Below, piece after piece: positions 50,063-63,304 of a stretch of DNA of 64,000 nucleotides (the first letter of the stretch is position 1; every line of letters begins with the position of its first letter). The notes beneath the pieces are model-generated. The model made no database searches and was not told the origin of the DNA. It saw nothing but the letters and a program-made list of their open reading frames with translations. Location: positions 98,723 through 162,722 of the forward strand of contig OY970358.1 of the NCBI GenBank assembly GCA_963718575.1. Direction: 5' to 3'. Source of the stretch: an uncultured bacterium (lineage in GTDB: Bacteria > Patescibacteriota > Minisyncoccia > UBA6257 > 2-01-FULL-56-20). The translations under genes were made by a program, and so were the position numbers.

Positions 50063-50525
50063 TTAATTTGAGGTCGACGATGATGTTGAAAGGATGCGGA
50101 TAAAGTGGGCCTCAATCTGACCGACGCTGTTCGGTTCGCCGATCACCGCGATCTGATCGCCTACCGCGACATCCGCGATCGTGACATTGCTGTCGCCGCT
50201 CGCGAATGACCGTTCCGGAAGATACCGCCACCGATTGCTCGTTATCCTGCTGGTCCTTTACCGAAATCGTGGAGGTTCCGACATCGATGACCGTCCCCAC
50301 GACGCCATGGATGGCGACCTGCATCGGGCGGCCATCGTTCCCAGCGGACCACTGCGGCACTGCCCCGTAAAAATTCCTAAAATAATTTTTCTCAAATCCC
50401 GCGGCAAACCCCGCACGCTCGTATCCGACGGCGATGCCCAAGCCGAACACCACAAAAAGGACGATCAGGCCGCCCAATATCCACAGTACCGCGCGCACCG
50501 TCTTTGATTCTAAAAAATTGCTCAT
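50063..50525 (-). CDS. Membrane-anchored hypothetical protein (DUF5666-like), frameshifted
   Basis: TM segment then HGVVGTV...beta domain. Confidence 0.55.
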
Positions 50526-50534
50526 GATAATCTA

Positions 50535-50960
50535 TTACTTCACCGCAAAAAACCTTGCGGTGCGACCGCCATGGAACAAGCGATGTCTCGTCGATAAGCG
50601 CCGCCATGGACCAGATCGCGAACATCACGCCGCCAAAAGCAACGCGGTGGTGAAGATCGGGAATGATTCCATGATCGAAAATGCGAAATCGGGGAAGTTG
50701 GCCGCCATCGAAGAGAAATCCGAAAACATGAGCGAGGCGATCTGGAAGAATCCCGACTGCGAAAGGCTCGCGATAAGGTTGACATATCCCGCCACCGCGA
50801 TGCCCACCGAAACGCCGAACACGCACGCCGAGGCGGCGATCTTCGCGCCGAGAATGCGCCGTTCGCGACTGCCGATGCGCAATAAGATCTTCTCCGTCAA
50901 GCCGGCCGGCGGCTCGGGGGTCTTGAGGGTGGAAAAAAGTTTTTCGTAGTTATGGTTCAT
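50535..50960 (-). CDS. Probable anti-sigma membrane protein, frameshifted
   Basis: EPPAGLTEKILLRI then TM helices; downstream of ECF sigma. Confidence 0.6.
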
Positions 50961-50993
50961 GGGAATACGGGTAATTACCTCTCAATATACGAA

Positions 50994-51681
50994 TCACCTG
51001 CCGTGTTTAGGTGCTTCTGCGAGCAACTTCCGAAGCTGGATAAGCGCCCGGCGATGCTTGCTCTTGATGGTATCGATCGGCTCCTGGAGCGCATCCGCAA
51101 TCTCCCGAAACTTCAGATGTTCGGTATAGCGCAAGCAAAAGAACGCTCCGATAGGAGGGACTAAGCTCCGGCCAGTACGCCTTCGAGATCGGCCTTGGTC
51201 TGTTTTCGTTGGAGCAGTTCATCCGGCAGGTCGGGGCTCTCAACATACGGCGCAAGGAACGTATCGAGGTCGGTCATCCCCTTCCTCAATTTTTGAGAAT
51301 AAGACCGCCTTCTTTCTTTTTGATGGCGTCGAGCGCGGTGTTCTTCGCGATCGTGAGCAGCCATGTTTTGAAATTTTTTCCGTGATCGAACTTTTTGATG
51401 TTCTTCCATACTTTTATGAAAACATCCTGCACGATATCATTCGCGGCGTCGGCGTTGCCCACATAGCGATAGGTAAATTTATAGACCATCGGCATGTGCC
51501 GGTCCACAAGCGCCGCGAATGAATCGCCGTCGCCTTTCAAGAACGCCGCGCACAAGGACGGCGTCGTCGTCGGCCGCATGCGTCGTGCGCACTTCGAACA
51601 ACGCTCTTTTCGGGATTTGCTCCGGAGACGATGCAGATGACGCGTCAAGATAATGGTATGTATCATAGGGTTACTTTTCAT
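50994..51681 (-). CDS. Second ECF sigma factor, frameshifted
   Basis: DIVQDVFIKVWKN, FKTWLLTIAKN; region 4 FREIADAL...TIKSKHRRAL in another frame. Confidence 0.8.
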
Positions 51682-51690
51682 TCTATCTCA

Positions 51691-52144
51691 TTATCGTCCG
51701 CGACCATAGAGGCCGACCAGCTCCGCGGTTGCGATCGTATGTTTTTCTATTTCTTTCCGGAGCGCCGCCGCGGGCGCTCCTTCGGGGAGATCGAGGACCG
51801 CGTCAAGCGCGTAAAGCTGGAAATGGTAATGATGCGGCGCATCGTTGGGCGGCGGGCACGGGCCGAAGTATATCGTCTTCTGCGCGCCATTCTCTCCTTC
51901 AACGCTTCCCGGCGGAATACTCTCTTCTTTTATGATCATCGTTCGCGGGTCGATGTTCCACACCGTCCAGTGCGTGAATCCGCCCGGCGACGGCGCATCC
52001 GGGTCGTGCAACATAAGCGCCAGGCTTTGCGCCTCCGCCGGAACATTCTGTATCAAAAGCTCGGGGTTCATATCCCCGCCATCGCACGTGAACTTTCTCG
52101 GGAATCATGCCCCCGTCGTCAAATGAAGAACTTGTGATGATCAT
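51691..52144 (-). CDS. YbhB/YbcL (PEBP) family protein, frameshift ~52100
   Basis: DPDAP...FTHW...YFGPCPP...HHYHFQLYALD. Confidence 0.85.
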
Positions 52145-52185
52145 GCCGTATCGGTGGTTAATACCCTATTATAGGTGAAAAAGTT

Positions 52186-52533
52186 TCATTTGTCGGCCAG
52201 AAACTCGCCATATTCCTTCTTTAGGAATGCCGCATCGCGAGGCTTTGTGACACCCGGATAGCGCCAGGCGCTGATCACCTTCCTCGCGCCGACGACGTCC
52301 TGCACCATCACCCAGATCTCCTGCGTCCAGGATTCTTTCCTGCCGTCCATCTTCATTGAGACCGGCTGCATCATCGCCACCGTCTTCGGCGCAACGCCCT
52401 CCTCCACTCGCTTCGGCGAATGAAGCACGTGCCGTACGCGCGACGAAGTCAGACGATAATGGTTCATCTTTGCCCGCGCGTGGAGCGTCCATTGCAGCTG
52501 GGCGGGGTTTTTGAGAAATGACATCCATCCCAT
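52186..52533 (-). CDS. Hypothetical protein (DUF4258-like)
   Basis: WTLHARAKM...VISAWRYPG; TATAAT just upstream. Confidence 0.6.
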   Translation of the reverse strand: MGWMSFLKNPAQLQWTLHARAKMNHYRLTSSRVRHVLHSPKRVEEGVAPKTVAMMQPVSMKMDGRKESWTQEIWVMVQDVVGARKVISAWRYPGVTKPRDAAFLKKEYGEFLADK

Positions 52534-52609
52534 TATACCGCGTCGGGCATTAAAATGAGGTAAAAAAAATCCGGACGCCAACGAAGACGTCCGGTCTTGA
52601 AGAATAGAG

Positions 52610-52857
52610 TCATCCACAACACTTCCTTGAAATTCCCGGTGGTTTGAGAAATCGTTTGTATACCCGGTATACGCCATAGATCGCCGCCGCACCGCCCGCA
52701 ATAAGCAAAAGGGCGAATAATGAGGAGCGGAGGGTAACTTGATGATCGGGGACCAGGCATGAACTTAATATCCCCCAAAGAAATATCATCGGGACGATCC
52801 GGAATAAAAATCGCAATGAATCCAAAACGGTGGTCGGTTGTTGCTTTTCGTAATGCT
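52610..52857 (-). CDS. Small two-TM hypothetical protein
   Basis: GGAGG RBS before TTG; two hydrophobic segments. Confidence 0.4.
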
Positions 52858-52958
52858 TCAAAATTCCTCCAGAGCGAGTGAGATGATTACTGCGGTTGGT
52901 ACCACCCACTAGTACGCCATCGGGGGTGATTATGTTTCATCCTCCCCAAAGCCAAAAG

Positions 52959-53948
52959 CTATGCGCTGTTCCGAGCGATGAGTTTCTTGAATTCCTCCAC
53001 CATCGGCACCTGCTCCGGCTCCACACCGTACATCTTCGCGCTATAATAGGCGGTCCAATCGGCAAGGTTGAGCGCGTTAAATATTTTATTGAGCTCGGTC
53101 TTGCCCTGAAGCAAGATGATTTCGGTTTTGAATCCGCGATCGCGATACAGCTTTTCGAGCACATTCATGCGCTTGATGATGCGCCGATCGTCGCCCGCGT
53201 CCTTCAAAAAGATAAAGTGAAAATTGCGCGAGAGCGGCAGTGTCTTTGTCTTTACATCAAACCCCGTCATCTCGTTGTGGTTCAGCTCCGGAACGATATT
53301 ATAGAATGCCGGGATCTTGCTCGTCTCGTTGAACTTGATCTTCCAGTTGCATGCGAGCGCCGCGTTGCGCGTGGATGCATAGATGATCGGCATATTGCCA
53401 AAAATACGCCGCGCGAGATCCTTCCCGCGGAGCTCTTCGCGCGACGGATGCAATTGCGTCGCGAGCAGCTTCGATTCCGCGAGCAGGTTCTTTTCGCCCA
53501 TCAGCGCGAGCATCGCTTTCATGCTCACGCCCGTTGCCATGCGCGGCTGAAGATGCATATCGGGAAGCCGCACATACGGGATCTTTGCTTTGTCCGCCAT
53601 TGAAAGCAACTTTCCCTTCGAGGCGATGGCAGCCATTGAAAGCTTCTTCGTCTTCGCCACGGCGAACGCATCGAGCGTCTCTTCCGTACTGCCGGAATAC
53701 GAACTCAAAATGATCAGGCGATCCTTGAGATCTTTCTCCGCGAGCGGCGGCATGCCGTAGTTGGACCACACGATGATATCGATCTCCGGATGCCACGCTT
53801 TAATGATATCGGCCGCCAAATGCGATCCGCCCATGCCCACAACCACAAATTTGCCAAACTTCTTGAGTTTGGCGGCGTTCTCGATGGCTGGCTCAAAATC
53901 GAACTGTTTACCGTAGTTTTTTATATCCTCGGGAATCATAACCTCCAT
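52959..53948 (-). CDS. Bifunctional phosphoglucose/phosphomannose isomerase
   Basis: GMGGS, SSYSGSTEET, QPRMA, WKIKFNETSK, PELNHNE. Confidence 0.9.
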   Translation of the reverse strand: MEVMIPEDIKNYGKQFDFEPAIENAAKLKKFGKFVVVGMGGSHLAADIIKAWHPEIDIIVWSNYGMPPLAEKDLKDRLIILSSYSGSTEETLDAFAVAKTKKLSMAAIASKGKLLSMADKAKIPYVRLPDMHLQPRMATGVSMKAMLALMGEKNLLAESKLLATQLHPSREELRGKDLARRIFGNMPIIYASTRNAALACNWKIKFNETSKIPAFYNIVPELNHNEMTGFDVKTKTLPLSRNFHFIFLKDAGDDRRIIKRMNVLEKLYRDRGFKTEIILLQGKTELNKIFNALNLADWTAYYSAKMYGVEPEQVPMVEEFKKLIARNSA

Positions 53949-54024
53949 TATACGCTATTTGGGGGATTTTGGGTGCTTTGGTCATTAACTAGTCAAAATA
54001 AGAAATTTGTATCTTAATATTTTT

Positions 54025-54450
54025 TTAGTTCTTCGAAATCGGAACTATAACTCCTTCTAATATTTTTTGAATATTCTTAATATCGCTTTCATAATTCTGA
54101 CTTCCGTTTATATCAGCCGTCTGCTTGGCAAGTTTTTTTATTTCTTCAGGAGAGCAAGTAATCATATATCCATTCACAATGCAAAAAAGATATAAAACAA
54201 TAATGGAACTCCGTTTATTCCCATCTATAAAGTGATGATTTTTACAAACCTTATATAGGACATGAGCTGCTTTATGATGAATCTCATCATTATAATGATC
54301 GAATTTTAATAATTCTAAGGTATTAGATACCGTATTAACCCACTCCCCGTCTATAAGTGGCAAATATTCATGCAAAAAAATAGTGGGGTCCTCAAGGTAT
54401 TCTCCCCACCATTTTAATGTTTCCTTATCTGGATAAATCCATTTACTCAC
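54025..54450 (-). CDS. doc: Doc-type Fic-domain toxin
   Basis: HHFIDGNKR motif; AT-rich. Confidence 0.82.
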   Translation of the reverse strand: MSKWIYPDKETLKWWGEYLEDPTIFLHEYLPLIDGEWVNTVSNTLELLKFDHYNDEIHHKAAHVLYKVCKNHHFIDGNKRSSIIVLYLFCIVNGYMITCSPEEIKKLAKQTADINGSQNYESDIKNIQKILEGVIVPISKN

Positions 54451-54649
54451 GAGAAAGATCTTTAATCACTCCAGAAAATTTTCTGGAAAAATCTTTAGCG
54501 CTAATCTCCAAAAGCCTTCGCCTTCCTTCGTGATCCAAATCGGTGAAGCGTTTCGAAGAAAGGGCAAAAAGCTCTTTTTTCTCTGCCTTATCCAGTGCTA
54601 TACCCCCTGGACGTCTATTAATTCCTATAAATTTGAGGAGTTTCTTCAT
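54443..54649 (-). CDS. Probable antitoxin
   Basis: 68 aa, overlaps toxin start, C-terminal KFSGVIKDLS helix. Confidence 0.6.
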   Translation of the reverse strand: MKKLLKFIGINRRPGGIALDKAEKKELFALSSKRFTDLDHEGRRRLLEISAKDFSRKFSGVIKDLSRE

Positions 54650-54748
54650 GTCTCTTTATATGTATTACTATAACATAAAGTTTCAGATTTATCCATGGAT
54701 GCAATATCTCTATCATATCAATCTCCGCCATCTTTGATTTCTCATTTT

Positions 54749-55670
54749 TTATTTCTTCCCCTGATCAATCGCGTGCCCACCGAACCGGTTCCGTAATGCA
54801 GACAACACCTTCCCGATATAGCTCGGCGATTTTTTTGAGCGGACGCGGAATTTGAATGAGTCCTCGATGACGGGCACGGGCACTTTGAACTTTTTGCCGG
54901 TTTTGACCGTCCACTCGCCTTCTCCGGTGTACGCAACGGAACCGGAAACAGATTTAAGATCCTGGCCATAGATCTTGTACGCATCCTCCAACCATCCCAC
55001 GAGGCGCGACTCGATCACGCTGCCGCGATTGTAGACGTTCGCCACCTGTTCGAGATCCAGCTTGAACGGCGATTTCTTCATGATGGCAAAACCTTCGCCG
55101 AGCGACTGCATCATGCCGTACTCGATGCCGTTGTGCACCATTTTTACGAAGTGGCCCGCGCCTGCGGAACCGAAGTACGAATAACCGCCCGGCACGGAGA
55201 GATCGCGGAAGAGCGGCTCTAGGCGTTGGAACATTGCGCGATCACCGCCGATCATAAGCGATCCTCCGTTGCGCGCGCCCGACGGTCCGCCGGAAAATCC
55301 GACGTCCATAAAGTGAATGCCGCGCTTTTTGAGCAGCTTCGCGCGGCGGACAGAATCCTCATAGAACGCATTCGCCGCATCGATCACGATGTCGCCCTTT
55401 TTTAAATGTTGCACGATGCCATCTTTGCCAAACAATAAATCGTCATTCCCCTTTCCGGCGGTGATCATAAGCCAGATGATGCGCGGCGTCTTCAGCTCTG
55501 TCACGAGCTCTGCGTGCGTGAATACGCCCTGGATTCCCTCTTTTTGGATCATCGTCGACCGGCTCGGGAGAACGGTTCGACGCGACGACGCGCCAGCCCT
55601 TCTCGTGCAACTGTCGCGCGACGTTCGCGCCCATCTTTCCCAGGCCAAAGATGCCGATCTCGCGGCGGAG
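54749..55670 (-). CDS. gnd: 6-phosphogluconate dehydrogenase (short YqeC type); C-terminal part of Zwf-Gnd fusion, frameshift ~55550
   Basis: IGIFGLGKMG, DVGFSGG, GHFVKMVHNGIEYG, ALRNRFGGH. Confidence 0.85.
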
Positions 55671-57218
55671 CGCGAGGTGCGCGCTGCCGGCTTTGCCCGC
55701 GCCGCCCGCCGCCGCATCTGCGTTCTCCGGCGGATCGATCAGCACACTCGCCTCCGCGACAACCGCCTCCGAATCCGGCGCGTAGTACCGCAACGGCACG
55801 AGGCCTTTTGCCCACCCTTTTACGATCGGATCCACAAAGTGCCACATCGCGGCGATCTCACGGCTCGAGACGAACAGCGTCTGATCACCGTTGATGCAAT
55901 CGAGCAACAGCCGTTCGTACTCTTCCGTGTACTGCGACTTATGGCCGCCTTCGCGCAGGTTGAGGTTGAACACGCGCTCTTCCATCTTCATCGTAAGCCC
56001 CGGCTTCTTTACCCAAAAGTGAATCGTGATACTCTCGTGCGGATCCTGACGGAACGTGATGGTGTTTTTGAAGTGCATCGGCACGTTTGTGCCTGGTTCC
56101 CCGGCACCGTACAACGCGCATAAACATGGCTGGTCGTGTTTGAAGACCACTTCCACCTCCGTTACCTCTTCGTCGCGCTTTGGATCGATGATGCGCTTGC
56201 CCGCCTCTATGAAAATCGGCACGCCGTTCCAGCGCGGATGTTTCAGCTCAAGCGCCACCTTGAAGTACGTCTCCACGGTGGACTTTGAATCGACGCCTTT
56301 GATGCCGCGATAGCCGTCGTACTGCGCGCGGAACGTTTTCTTGGACATCTCGGACGGCGTGATCGGCTTGATCGTCTCGAGGAGTGCGGCGCGGGCATCG
56401 CGGATCGACTTCGCGGACATATCGCGTGGCTGATCCATCGCGACGAGCGCGATCATCTCGAGCAGGTGATTCTGCCCGACGTCGCGCAGTGCGCCCACGC
56501 TTTCATAGAACGGTCCGCGATCCTCCGCCCCCACGTTCTCGAGCTCACGCACGTAGATCTTTTCGATCAGCTCGCGCCCCCAGTTATCCTCGAAAAGATT
56601 ATTGAAGAAGCGGAAGGTTAAAATGTTTTGCAATGTTTCTTTCGCCAAATAATGATCAATGCGATAGACCTGCTCTTCTTTGAATAGCCGCGCGATGCGC
56701 TCGTCGAGCGCCTTCGCGCTCTTCTCGTCACTGCCGAACGGTTTCTCCACCACGACGCGCGTCCAGCCGCCGGCGCCCGCATCGCAAAGCTCCGTCAGCC
56801 GCGCCTTGTGGATATTCGTAAAGATCTCATCATAGAATTGCGGAGGAACGGAAAGATAGAACAGTTTGTTCGAACACGCGCCGTGTTCGTCATCGATCTT
56901 TGTGAGCGCATCGCCGAGCGCCACATAATCCGCATATGCGGCGAATGTGAGCTTATGATACACCACTGTTTTCAAGAACGACCTAATCGACGCGGGCGAG
57001 GCATCTTTTACCTTCACTTCCAAGATCGCCTGAATATGCCGCTTAAGGTCTTCATCCGTCCAATCGCGCCGCGAGATACCGACCATGCGGAAGTGCGGAG
57101 GTAATAGTCCTTTCTCATGAAGGTTGAACAGCGCCGGCGCGATCTTCTTTGTCATCAGGTCGCCCGTGACGCCGAGCACGACAAACGTGGTCGGTAGAGA
57201 TGATTTTTGATTGGTCAT
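55671..57218 (-). CDS. zwf: Glucose-6-phosphate 1-dehydrogenase; N-terminal part of Zwf-Gnd fusion
   Basis: GVTGDL, VVEKPFG, YRIDHYLAKE, RDVGQNHLL; reads in frame into Gnd. Confidence 0.9.
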
Positions 57219-57252
57219 AATTTATATATATTAACTCTAAATGGGCGGGAAT

Positions 57253-57321
57253 GGGAATGCGGGATACTCCTTTCGGGAACCATTCATCTGCTGGTTTCCG
57301 AAAGGAGTATCCCGCATTCCC
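57253..57321. repeat. 30-bp inverted repeat (REP/MITE-like palindrome)
   Basis: GGGAATGCGGGATACTCCTTTCGG(G/A)AACCA arms with one mismatch, 9-nt loop. Confidence 0.85.
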
Positions 57322-57992
57322 TACCCTTCTATTTTATAGCCATAGCCGTGCACGGTTTTGATAAGTTTCTGCTCGTGGCCTTCGTCTATCTTTGCCCGGA
57401 GGAAGCGCACATGGACGTCCACCGTGTTCGTGAACGGATCGGCGTTCATATCCCACACGTGTTCCAAAATCATCCCGCGCGTAAGAGTAGTACCCGCGTT
57501 GCGCATGAAATATTCCAACAGCGTGAATTCTTTGCGATTCAGTTTTATATCAACGCCCGCGCGCGTGACGGTGTGCGCGAGCGTGTCGAGCTCGAGATCC
57601 GCGATCGCAAGCTTCGGCCCGGTCAGCTTTTTCTCGCGGCGCAAGAGCGCGCGGACGCGGGCGAGCAGCTCCGCCACGAAGAACGGCTTCGTCAGATAAT
57701 CATCCGCGCCAAGATTGAGAGCCTCTATCTTTGTATGTGCGTCGTTCACAATGGATAACATGATGATCGGAAACGTCCTGCCCTTCGCGCGGATCGCTTC
57801 GCAGATATCCATGCCGCTCTCGCCGTTCCCGAGGTTGATGTCGAGGATTGCGAGATCATACGGATTGACCTTTGCCCACATAAGCCCCTTCGTGCCCGTC
57901 TCCGCCCAATCGACCGTGAAGTGTTCGACCTTAAGCCCGTTTATGATGAACTGCGCTATCTCCCGCTCGTCCTCGACTAATAGTATTTTCAT
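57321..57992 (-). CDS. OmpR-family response regulator (no adjacent kinase)
   Basis: MKILLVED, GADDYLTKPF, NTVDVHVRFLRAKI...TVHGYGY. Confidence 0.92.
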   Translation of the reverse strand: MKILLVEDEREIAQFIINGLKVEHFTVDWAETGTKGLMWAKVNPYDLAILDINLGNGESGMDICEAIRAKGRTFPIIMLSIVNDAHTKIEALNLGADDYLTKPFFVAELLARVRALLRREKKLTGPKLAIADLELDTLAHTVTRAGVDIKLNRKEFTLLEYFMRNAGTTLTRGMILEHVWDMNADPFTNTVDVHVRFLRAKIDEGHEQKLIKTVHGYGYKIEG

Positions 57993-58044
57993 ACCTCCAC
58001 CATACACCGCCGACATTAAAAATATATTAAAGAAATTATCAAGG

Positions 58045-58091
58045 ATAGATAAAGAAAAAGCGCTCCAATTGAGCGCTTTTTCTTTATCTAT
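58045..58091. terminator. Intrinsic terminator
   Basis: ATAGATAAAGAAAAAGCGCTC-CAATT-GAGCGCTTTTTCTTTATCTAT. Confidence 0.75.
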
Positions 58092-58104
58092 AATTACTAT
58101 TTTC

Positions 58105-58623
58105 CTACTGCCCGCTCGATGTCGACACCGAAAGCAGCGTCACGGTGAAGTGAAGCGTCGCGTTCGGAGGGATCACGGAGCCTGCGCCTTGTGCGCCATA
58201 ACCGAGCGTCGGAGGAATCGTAAGCTCGCGCGTACCGCCAATCTTCATGCCGAGAACGCCTTCGTCCCATCCTTTAATGACCTGTCCCGCACCGAGAACA
58301 AAGCTGAACGGCGTGCGTCCCGGTTTCAACGAGCTGTCGAAGACCGTGCCGTCATCCAGCGTGCCGGTGTAGTTCACCGTCACCGTTTGACCAACCTGCG
58401 CGACCGCGCCCGTTCCGATCACATCGTCTTTTATCACCAATCCATCCATGGTTGTTATTGATTGCCCTGCCACAGTCGGCTGCGGCGCAGGAGCGTTAGT
58501 TGTTGTTGAGTTTGTCGTCGCCGTTGCCTGCGGCTGTGTGAGCGTATTCGCGTACCACGCCCCCACTCCGATGATCGCCGCCGCGATTACTACGTAGACT
58601 GCAAGTAAAATGCCTTTTTTCAT
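58105..58623 (-). CDS. Membrane-anchored FKBP-type peptidyl-prolyl isomerase
   Basis: VNYTG...FDSS...VIKGWDEG...IPPTLGYG. Confidence 0.92.
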   Translation of the reverse strand: MKKGILLAVYVVIAAAIIGVGAWYANTLTQPQATATTNSTTTNAPAPQPTVAGQSITTMDGLVIKDDVIGTGAVAQVGQTVTVNYTGTLDDGTVFDSSLKPGRTPFSFVLGAGQVIKGWDEGVLGMKIGGTRELTIPPTLGYGAQGAGSVIPPNATLHFTVTLLSVSTSSGQ

Positions 58624-58669
58624 GATTATTTAAGATATTTTTGCGCTATCAATCTTGCACCGCGCTGCA

Positions 58670-58993
58670 CTACGAGATCTTCGCGCCCGGAGGGACTTCG
58701 CCCTCGGGGAGAAACAGCACGGGCGAGCCGTCCTCGCCGTGCGCGGCGAGCAGCATCCCGTTCGATTCCATGCCCATCATCATTCGCGGGTCAAGGTTGG
58801 CGATGATCACCACGCTCTTGCCCACGATATCCTCCGGCGCATACGCCTTTGCGATGCCCGAAAGGATCTGGCGCGGCGCGGGCTCGGCGATGTCGACCTG
58901 AAGCTTCAGCAGCTTCTCCGAACCCTCCACGCGCTCCGCGGAAACTATTTTACCGACCCGCAGGTCGGACTTTTGAAACTCGTCTATGGTCAT
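58670..58993 (-). CDS. tRNA-binding OB-fold protein (MetRS C-terminal/Trbp111-like)
   Basis: DLRVGKI...KLLKLQVD...RQILSGI...NL.PR.MMG.ESNGMLL. Confidence 0.88.
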   Translation of the reverse strand: MTIDEFQKSDLRVGKIVSAERVEGSEKLLKLQVDIAEPAPRQILSGIAKAYAPEDIVGKSVVIIANLDPRMMMGMESNGMLLAAHGEDGSPVLFLPEGEVPPGAKIS

Positions 58994-59029
58994 CAGAGGT
59001 GATTGTAACAAGAAAAAAATATTTTGAAA

Positions 59030-59065
59030 AGAAAAGGGGTGGATGCGACGCATCGCATCCACCCC
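59030..59065 (-). terminator. Intrinsic terminator
   Basis: GGGGTGGATGCG-ACGCAT-CGCATCCACCCC with T-run on minus strand. Confidence 0.7.
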
Positions 59066-59080
59066 GAAATACTGCATGAT

Positions 59081-60205
59081 TCACTGGAGCATTTCCGACC
59101 CTAACGGTTGCTCTTCAACGGATATTACATCCGTCGAAATTGCTTCGGCTGTTTGCGGCATAAGAATCGGAGAAGGCCGCACTCCCGCCAACCTGACGAA
59201 CACCCGCCCCTTCTGAGGGAAAGAAACGCGCCGCGGCGGATTTTTGTGAAGGACCGCTTGAATGATATTTGCGAGCCGCTCCAACGAAAGCAATGTTGGG
59301 GCGACAGCGTGCGATTCCAAACCATTCATGATTGCCCGCGCGTTCTCGTGAAAGAACCACGCTGGACATTCGTCAATGGTACCTTCGGCGCATCCCTGAC
59401 TCGCCGTCAGAGGAAATGGGGCTTGTGATGGCTTGAGACGATATTGCTCGCACATCTCTGCGATACGTATCGCCCGCACCACCGGAGCCAGTTCAATGTT
59501 GAGGCGTCGATCGGTCTGAATGATGACATTGCCACCACTCTTCATCCACAACACGATGCCGGCCTTCTTGTAGCGAGCGAACTTTCCAAACTCGCTTGAA
59601 TCGGAATGGCCGTACACAAAATTAATCCGCCTTCCAGAATCATCCTTGATTGTTACTTTTCCCGCATTCTGATAATCCTGGATGGTCCCCTCTGAGAAGT
59701 TGGCGCCACGTTGATACATCGCGCCGTAGATCGAGAACGCCCACGCAAGAACGACCTGATCTCTATCGATGCCGCCCGTATCCGATGCCCACAACGCCTT
59801 AATGAGCGCTGGCAGTTCAAATGAACCTCCGCCCTGCTCGATATCCCTGCTGAGGGTGAATTTGAGCAGCGGCTTCAGAATGCTGTCATCATCGAGCGAA
59901 AGCGCCTCGGCAACGAGCGTTGCTGCACAGTGACCCGGCTTTCTTCCGCCAGTTGGCAAATGCTCATCGAAAGGACCGAAGCCCATACCGATCACGATCG
60001 TTCTGTCTTTCACGAGAAGGTCTTCCCATGTTCTTCCGACCGGAATGCAATCCCAAAATACGATTTTTGCCGTGTTGGCTCCGGGGAAATATGAAACTCC
60101 GCCGAAGGTTTGTAGAATGTAAGCAGCTAGCAACTCGTCATTATGAGCATGCCGATGGAGGGCAATTGCTTCAATACGCAGGTTCAACATTTCCCCGAGA
60201 TCCAT
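59081..60205 (-). CDS. MYG1/DHH-like hypothetical protein
   Basis: H..AHNDE and GPFDEH...CAATLV motifs; RBS AAGGAG; TTGACT..TATAAT promoter. Confidence 0.55.
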   Translation of the reverse strand: MDLGEMLNLRIEAIALHRHAHNDELLAAYILQTFGGVSYFPGANTAKIVFWDCIPVGRTWEDLLVKDRTIVIGMGFGPFDEHLPTGGRKPGHCAATLVAEALSLDDDSILKPLLKFTLSRDIEQGGGSFELPALIKALWASDTGGIDRDQVVLAWAFSIYGAMYQRGANFSEGTIQDYQNAGKVTIKDDSGRRINFVYGHSDSSEFGKFARYKKAGIVLWMKSGGNVIIQTDRRLNIELAPVVRAIRIAEMCEQYRLKPSQAPFPLTASQGCAEGTIDECPAWFFHENARAIMNGLESHAVAPTLLSLERLANIIQAVLHKNPPRRVSFPQKGRVFVRLAGVRPSPILMPQTAEAISTDVISVEEQPLGSEMLQ

Positions 60206-60317
60206 AATGCTCCTTCTGGACGTAAATGTCCTTGATTCAGTTGAGTTCCGACCATAAAAAAATCGACCGGATACTGCGGATAATTATACATATATTCCAA
60301 TAAAAGTCAATAGCATC

Positions 60318-62985
<2,668 letters not shown>

Positions 62986-63059
62986 ACCAACGATTATATT
63001 TGATTTTGGCAATTTTTGCGAGCATTATTTCTCACTCGCAGAATCGCATGATAAAAAAT

Positions 63060-63089
63060 AAAACACCCCGGCGATCGCCGGGGTGTTTT
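63060..63089 (-). terminator. Intrinsic terminator
   Basis: AAAACACCCCGGCG..CGCCGGGGTGTTTT with T-run on minus strand. Confidence 0.75.
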
Positions 63090-63094
63090 AGAGA

Positions 63095-63148
63095 CTATGC
63101 TCTCTTCTTCTTCGCTACTTTCTTCTTCGCTTTCTTTTTTGCTGCCAT
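63095..63148 (-). CDS. 17-aa Lys-rich peptide MAAKKKAKKKVAKKKRA (not in ORF track)
   Basis: Own TGnTATACT promoter, 5' hairpin and terminator. Confidence 0.6.
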   Translation of the reverse strand: MAAKKKAKKKVAKKKRA

Positions 63149-63304
63149 GGTAATAATTATTTCTTAATTTATCGGGTTGCGACCACTCCGATCTATTAAC
63201 TCCAGTATAGCAAACTGATTTTTCGTTTTTTGAAAAATCTGTGGATAACTTTTTATTTAGGCCTTCAAGAAAAAAATGCCGCACGATGTCGTACGGCATA
63301 AAAA

